From a virus (lineage: Duplodnaviria > Caudoviricetes), in IMG/VR virus record IMGVR_UViG_3300017721_000936, positions 1 through 49,734 of that record: DNA of 49,734 nt; one strand, written 5' to 3'. Below are positions 45,000-49,734 of this stretch, piece by piece. Under the pieces are notes generated by a model that worked only from the letters and a program-made list of their open reading frames with translations, made no database searches and had not been told where the DNA came from. Position 1 is the first letter of the stretch; the number at the start of each line of letters is the position of its first letter. The translations under genes and the position numbers were made by a program.

Positions 45000-46891
45000 C
45001 TGATTCCATCCGTCCTTGCGTTAATTCTGAAGTCTCCTAAACGCCAATCATCACCGACAGCCGAACTTTCAAACTTAAAACTCATTTGACGCCCACGTGC
45101 TCTCATACTTATTTTATTACTATTTTGAGAAATAGTAAATGGTCCTTTTGAAATAACTGTCGAATTTGGGTATTTTTGGGTCTCAACTGTCATATTTATT
45201 GAGCCTGAAACAACAGCATCAGGTATTATTTTATCCACCATCGCTAAACTGTCACCAGTTTCTGATATCTCAACATCGGAAGTTGTTATAAAAGCAGTCA
45301 TCGCTGACCCATCATCATCAACCCCAGTTTCGTGCTCATAAAGTTCGCCTTCTTTGGAAAATGCAAATGGCACCTGCCGAAAGCCTGATGAGTCTGCCCA
45401 AACTGTCCTGTCAAGAGTGCCGACTGTCCAAGCTGCATCCCTATAATTATAAGTCACGTAAGAGTCTGGCTCGGCATCTGGATCTGTATTGGATGTGCTG
45501 ACATAATACCAAGCCACTTCATTAAACTCTTTATTTGTCCCGACGAATATTTTTTCTGACTTATTAAGTTGGACTCTGTCAAGGACAAAGTGCAAAACAG
45601 GGCAAGGAATCTCTTTCACAGATCCGTCATAGAAAAAGAATCCTCTGTCACTCATCCAAAATATATCGCCATCAACATTTGCCATGCAATTTTTGCTGAT
45701 TGCTCCGCATATGGTTCCAAGCAAACGAAAAGAAAATGTAAAAGGTGGTCCAATGAAATTCATGCCATATATAGCATCATCCGTAGCAATAAATGTTTCG
45801 TCACGAGTTGCTTGCATTGCTACGATCTTTGTCCCAACCTCAAGCCTTTGGTCACCAGCAGTGTTTGTCGCTGTTACACTCCAGTCTTTGAAGTCTTCTT
45901 GATTTGACCAACGCACAAGCATTGGGTCAATATCAGAGCCACCAAGAGGAGTTGTCCCCCCACAAACAAGATGTCTGTCAGGGAATGAAATTGTTGAGAC
46001 TCTGTTTTCAGGAGGAACATCTGCAGCCCCACCAAGCCCAGAAACCAGAACAGCACGTGAGCCAACACCTGCACTCGTATCCCAATAATATATTGCACCA
46101 TTACGGACAGTTGCAATCAGATCTTCACCCCAAAGATTCAAAGACCATTGAGAGTTTTCAAGAACAACATCTGTTGCTGAAGCTGTTCTTGGAGTCCCCC
46201 AAGTGCTGTCTCCCCAGCCCCCAGCACCCCAGCCGAGAGCCGAAGCAGAAGTCTGCGTTCCCAAACCAGCAGCCAAGCCAATCAAATATTTTGCAGTGAC
46301 AGTGCCACCCCCAGAGCTCGCAGCATTTGCATTCGTCCCGACATCGACTTTGTAGCTATTTGGATTTACAACCTCAGTTATTTCATAACCGAAGTAGCTA
46401 TTCAGTGTGTTGGCTGCTATGCCATTGAATGCACTTGCACCAGAAAACACAACATAATCGCCTGCACTTGCACCGTGAGATGCATCAGTAACAGTTATGA
46501 CCGAACTTCCGTCTGTTGTGGCAAAAGGATTGCTCAAGCCAGCCTGTGTCGCACGCAAAGGTGTTATATCAAACAGAGCCTCATTCTCAAGAATATAAAG
46601 ATGAGAGTGAGTCCCGATTGCCATGTAATCTTCGCCATCACTCAAAGACCTCCAAAACGCAACATTGCGAGCAACGCCATCAAGAGTTTTTGTTGTTGAG
46701 TAGTCGGCTTCGCTTGCTGTGTTTACGCCATACATTTCTTCTTTCACCCAACCCCCAATCTTAGTCGGGTAACCATCTCGGAAACGAACCTTGTCGGAAT
46801 CAATGTAATATGGACCAACCTTTCCCGCAGCATAGGCTGTTATATCTTTGACAACTCCTGGCTGAAATTTTAAGAGTTTCAATGACATCAA
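44996..46891 (-). CDS. Tail nozzle / packaged-DNA stabilisation protein (P22 gp10-like role)
   Basis: 631 aa beta-propeller-like; DKVRFRDGYP.KIGGW, VRWSNQE..W...NTAG, FWM...FF.YDG, R.RGRQ, WRLG.FR....DG.R. Confidence 0.7.
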   Translation of the reverse strand: MMSLKLLKFQPGVVKDITAYAAGKVGPYYIDSDKVRFRDGYPTKIGGWVKEEMYGVNTASEADYSTTKTLDGVARNVAFWRSLSDGEDYMAIGTHSHLYILENEALFDITPLRATQAGLSNPFATTDGSSVITVTDASHGASAGDYVVFSGASAFNGIAANTLNSYFGYEITEVVNPNSYKVDVGTNANAASSGGGTVTAKYLIGLAAGLGTQTSASALGWGAGGWGDSTWGTPRTASATDVVLENSQWSLNLWGEDLIATVRNGAIYYWDTSAGVGSRAVLVSGLGGAADVPPENRVSTISFPDRHLVCGGTTPLGGSDIDPMLVRWSNQEDFKDWSVTATNTAGDQRLEVGTKIVAMQATRDETFIATDDAIYGMNFIGPPFTFSFRLLGTICGAISKNCMANVDGDIFWMSDRGFFFYDGSVKEIPCPVLHFVLDRVQLNKSEKIFVGTNKEFNEVAWYYVSTSNTDPDAEPDSYVTYNYRDAAWTVGTLDRTVWADSSGFRQVPFAFSKEGELYEHETGVDDDGSAMTAFITTSDVEISETGDSLAMVDKIIPDAVVSGSINMTVETQKYPNSTVISKGPFTISQNSNKISMRARGRQMSFKFESSAVGDDWRLGDFRINARTDGIR

Positions 46892-47340
46892 TCACTCCTC
46901 TCAAAATGCGGTGCATCAATGAATGGTCGACGACCTTGAGACCTGCGCAAATCAACATAAGCATTCATTGCGTCTTCCATTTTTTCTGGCCAATCACGAA
47001 TGTCATCGATTTGCCAAGCAGCACCCCAACGGACAGGGACATCAAATTCTTTTGCTGCTTGTTTCACAGAGTCCGCAATATCGTCATAAAAATTAAGTTC
47101 CCAAGAAACTCTTGAGCCAATGTATGCAACCAAGTCAACAGCCTTACCTTCAATGTGCTTTGACTTCATTGTTTTTGACGCACCTGCCTCAACTAATTTT
47201 TTCTGCTCTTCGATTGTGCGCAAACCACAAGAAACACCGAAATCAATTTTTGTTATTTCTATTGCACGATGAACAACTTTTATCAAACCTTCATCAACAC
47301 CAGAAAGCCTTGAAACAGATCTAGAAGAAAGACTAAACAT
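46888..47340 (-). CDS. Endolysin, M15-family peptidase
   Basis: LSSRS..RL.GV, GLRT.EEQ..L...GAS.TMKSKH..GKAVD, RWG, D.PHFE; ATG at 47340. Confidence 0.88.
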   Translation of the reverse strand: MFSLSSRSVSRLSGVDEGLIKVVHRAIEITKIDFGVSCGLRTIEEQKKLVEAGASKTMKSKHIEGKAVDLVAYIGSRVSWELNFYDDIADSVKQAAKEFDVPVRWGAAWQIDDIRDWPEKMEDAMNAYVDLRRSQGRRPFIDAPHFERSD

Positions 47341-47992
47341 CAGACTTTTCCTCTTTTGTTGACCAGAAGTATTCGTCTGCGTCTCCGAGGCGACCCCAGT
47401 TCCCTGTGTCGTGTTCAACAGAATAGTATCGCGTTGATACTTTAAAATCAGGCTTTTTAATTTCTGCAGGCGTAAGAGAAATGTCATATATTCTCATCCG
47501 ATTGTTTGGGTAGAGGCAGAATTGACCATTCTCAAGTTCAATCAAGTTGTGAGATTTGTGCTCACTTGGCTTCTCACTTGTGCTGTAATCAACCCTGTCT
47601 GCGTCCGCGTGATAGTTGTCAAGAGTGCAAATATATGTCCCTTTGACCATTCCGTGATTGCGAGTCCAAACTTCAAAGTCCATTGAGCCTATGAATTGTT
47701 TTGAAACTGAAACCACACCATAGTCCATGCAATTCCAAAACTGCAGATTCTCAAGACTCATATCAGGATCTGGCAACTCTGGCGAACTAACAAATGCTGA
47801 TATTGGCAACTTGTCATAAAGTGCGGCATATTCCGGAAGATAAGTCTCAAGATAGAAAGCACGTCCAGGAATTGATTTTGCACTCACCCAAATGCCTTGA
47901 ACAAACTCGCCTTGACCCGAGTGATGGTCACAAAGATATTCTTTACGAACCCAGACGTCTTGAGAAGGAAGATTGCAAACTAACTCAGGCAT
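47333..47992 (-). CDS. Conserved hypothetical protein within the lysis cluster
   Basis: MPELVCNLP...VRKEYL...YDKLPISAF...LQFWNC...EHKSHN...GQFCLYPNNR; ATG at 47992 (TAATG). Confidence 0.65.
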   Translation of the reverse strand: MPELVCNLPSQDVWVRKEYLCDHHSGQGEFVQGIWVSAKSIPGRAFYLETYLPEYAALYDKLPISAFVSSPELPDPDMSLENLQFWNCMDYGVVSVSKQFIGSMDFEVWTRNHGMVKGTYICTLDNYHADADRVDYSTSEKPSEHKSHNLIELENGQFCLYPNNRMRIYDISLTPAEIKKPDFKVSTRYYSVEHDTGNWGRLGDADEYFWSTKEEKSDV

Positions 47993-48369
47993 TATTTTTT
48001 GAACCCTTTTATACCACGAACCCCGAATGATGCTGCAATGGATGCATACATAGCCCACTGAAACCACTCAGGCGTTTTTTCAAGAGCATCAAAGCCTTGC
48101 TCAACATAAGGCTGAAGCGGAGGTATGAAGCACATTGCTATGATTGCTATGAACAATATTGTCCAAGCTTCGTCTTTCCAGCTGTCGTTGCTGGCTTGTG
48201 CCATAATCTTTTCCCAGCCAGCTTCATGAGTGGCTGCGACTTTCATAACTTCTGCTTCTGCTTCTGCTTTTGCACGTGCGACTGCAGACTTAGCTTTTTG
48301 TTTTTCGACTTTTGATTCCATCCAAGAACCAGCCAGAGAGGCTATTGGACCAATGAGAGATTGCATCAT
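47992..48369 (-). CDS. Putative holin (3TM type)
   Basis: DSWKDEAWT followed by hydrophobic helices, P.WFQW...ASFGVRG; near the endolysin. Confidence 0.7.
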   Translation of the reverse strand: MMQSLIGPIASLAGSWMESKVEKQKAKSAVARAKAEAEAEVMKVAATHEAGWEKIMAQASNDSWKDEAWTILFIAIIAMCFIPPLQPYVEQGFDALEKTPEWFQWAMYASIAASFGVRGIKGFKK

Positions 48370-48566
48370 TCTTTTTTACCTGAACCTAAAAATAAACCAT
48401 ATGCTCCCGTCAATGCACCAGTCATGACGGAAACAAGACCTGCTTGTTCAAGAGTCGGGTTGGGCAGTGTCATGAACCACTCAACAACTCTGAATGTCAT
48501 AACTATCAGAGCAAACATAATTAAGCGAGGTACTATTCGCCATTTATCAAGTTGCTCTGGTGACAT
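48366..48566 (-). CDS. Small two-TM membrane protein
   Basis: 66 aa, WRIVPRL...EWFM.L..PT..QAGLVS. Confidence 0.6.
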   Translation of the reverse strand: MSPEQLDKWRIVPRLIMFALIVMTFRVVEWFMTLPNPTLEQAGLVSVMTGALTGAYGLFLGSGKKE

Positions 48567-48745
48567 CAGCTACTCCATAAAAAAGAAACCAACAGTGTTA
48601 TGATTGTGCCACTCGTAGCAAGAATCAGAGCTTCCATGCGCCACATGCGCTTGTCAAGACCTTCAAGCTTGTCTTGAACAAATTGATATCTGACAGCACA
48701 TTCTGCTTCATGCCGCTCTAGCTCTGAGATTGCAGATTTAGCCAT
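48566..48745 (-). CDS. Small coiled-coil plus TM protein (lysis-associated)
   Basis: MAKSAISELERHEAECAVRY...RME plus a hydrophobic tail; ATG at 48745. Confidence 0.6.
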   Translation of the reverse strand: MAKSAISELERHEAECAVRYQFVQDKLEGLDKRMWRMEALILATSGTIITLLVSFLWSS

Positions 48746-48965
48746 TGGAAATTTCTGTCTCATCGAATTGCAAAGAATCAAGTAACTCTGTTGTGAATTG
48801 ATTTGAAGCAGTAACGACTTGGTCAAGATTGAACCTGAGACCATCTGCTTTCCCTTGAAGGTCACGGATCTGCTCAATCAAATATGCTTGACGAGCATCA
48901 AGTTCATCTTTCTTGAAATCTTTGCCATTGATTGTTATAACATTTTCATTTAATTTTTCACTCAT
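48738..48965 (-). CDS. Small coiled-coil protein downstream of the tail fibre
   Basis: 75 aa, ITINGK.F...L...Q...I.QI.DL; GAGGA RBS. Confidence 0.6.
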   Translation of the reverse strand: MSEKLNENVITINGKDFKKDELDARQAYLIEQIRDLQGKADGLRFNLDQVVTASNQFTTELLDSLQFDETEISNG

Positions 48966-48992
48966 TTTTCCTCACTTTGGCTTTGCCATGAC

Positions 48993-49734
48993 CTAGCCTT
49001 CTAGCGCTGTAAGCCTAGCTTCGATACTTGTTAGGCGTTGCTCTGTAGCCGCACCAATAAAAGCTAGAAGCTGTGGATAGCGGATGCCTAAACGTGTTCG
49101 CTCTGTTGCACCTTCTGGTGCTTCATCGGCTGTATAGTATGTATCAACTCTAGTAAACGCATCTTGCGCCTTAACCGCTGCTTGCACAATAACCTCGACT
49201 TCGTTGCCACGTTCATCAGTTTGTGTTTCTGTAACCGCATCAGCAGCTTCAACTGCTGGCACTTCAACACTATGTTCCCACCATGTGTCAGAACAGAAGA
49301 AAGCATATTTAGTCGCATCAAGTCCAGCGTCGGTCATTGCAGATTGAACCTCTTGTGCAACATGACCTGCATGTATTCTGGCATTGTCACCTTTTGTTGC
49401 AACAGCATCATTCCACTTAAATGTCTTGAATAGTTTGCTTATTGCTTTTGCAGCAGTAATCTCTGCATCTGTCAAACTTGCAATTTGTTGTTTTTCATTT
49501 TGGTCAGATGTTTGGATTGTTCCGTTTGTTGCGAAGATGTCATCAAAGCGGTATGATGATGAACCTACATCAAAAGTGTTGTCTGATAATGTCCCGCTTC
49601 TGTTAACAGGTAGTAAGCCGTTTGTGCCAAACATAAGCCCAGAGCCAGTAGAGCCGTTATCTGACACAATAAATAACCTACTATTACCAGTACCTATGAA
49701 GCCCCTTGTGGTATCATCAAAGCGGTATACTGTA
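48993..49734 (-). CDS. Tail fibre C-terminal part with an intramolecular chaperone (peptidase S74-like) domain; open at the right edge
   Basis: The frame is open from 49733; IFATNGTIQTSDQNEK (S-D..K cleavage motif), FKWND, H.G.VAQEV, GIRYPQL, terminal coiled coil. Confidence 0.85.
   Translation of the reverse strand, partial: TVYRFDDTTRGFIGTGNSRLFIVSDNGSTGSGLMFGTNGLLPVNRSGTLSDNTFDVGSSSYRFDDIFATNGTIQTSDQNEKQQIASLTDAEITAAKAISKLFKTFKWNDAVATKGDNARIHAGHVAQEVQSAMTDAGLDATKYAFFCSDTWWEHSVEVPAVEAADAVTETQTDERGNEVEVIVQAAVKAQDAFTRVDTYYTADEAPEGATERTRLGIRYPQLLAFIGAATEQRLTSIEARLTALEG

Noticed and set aside
49540-49728. 15-bp duplication as a DGR template/variable repeat or att site
   Set aside because: It is too short, shows no adenine-specific mismatches, and no reverse transcriptase or integrase is present; chance or an end artefact is more likely.
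1-49734. Stop-codon reassignment, introns or inteins
   Set aside because: Core genes (TerL, portal, MCP, DnaE, helicases) are intact and of normal length in the standard code, with no unexplained insertions.

Overview
This ~49.7 kb window (roughly 43% GC by eye) looks like a complete or nearly complete, circularly permuted genome of a tailed dsDNA phage with a short-tail (podovirus-like) gene set. One tail-fibre ORF runs off position 1 and re-enters in frame at 49734. There are two divergent arms starting from an intergenic control region at ~19965-20326. The minus arm carries packaging and head genes (terminase small and large subunits, portal, GroES, scaffold, major capsid, adaptors) and, after wrapping, tail fibre, lysis, nozzle and ejection proteins. 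The plus arm carries replication and nucleotide-metabolism genes (primase, UvrD-like helicase, flavoprotein, ThyX-like enzyme, DenV-like glycosylase, HAD phosphatase, DnaQ-like exonuclease, DnaE, SNF2 helicase, PD-(D/E)xK nuclease). I saw no integrase, RNA polymerase, tRNA or CRISPR array. The main points of interest are: (1) a promoter-delimited operon pairing a motif-altered ThyX with an orphan flavoprotein, phosphatase, putative dNTP hydrolase and its own DnaE/DnaQ, a candidate new base-modification pathway; (2) CCGG and GGCC occurring only as TCCGGA and TGGCCA in my manual scan; (3) a repeated promoter-hairpin-RBS cassette; (4) a recurring GALxN[IM] peptide motif in putative internal virion proteins; (5) unannotated coupling micro-ORFs. 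All product calls come from motif recognition and gene context, not database searches.
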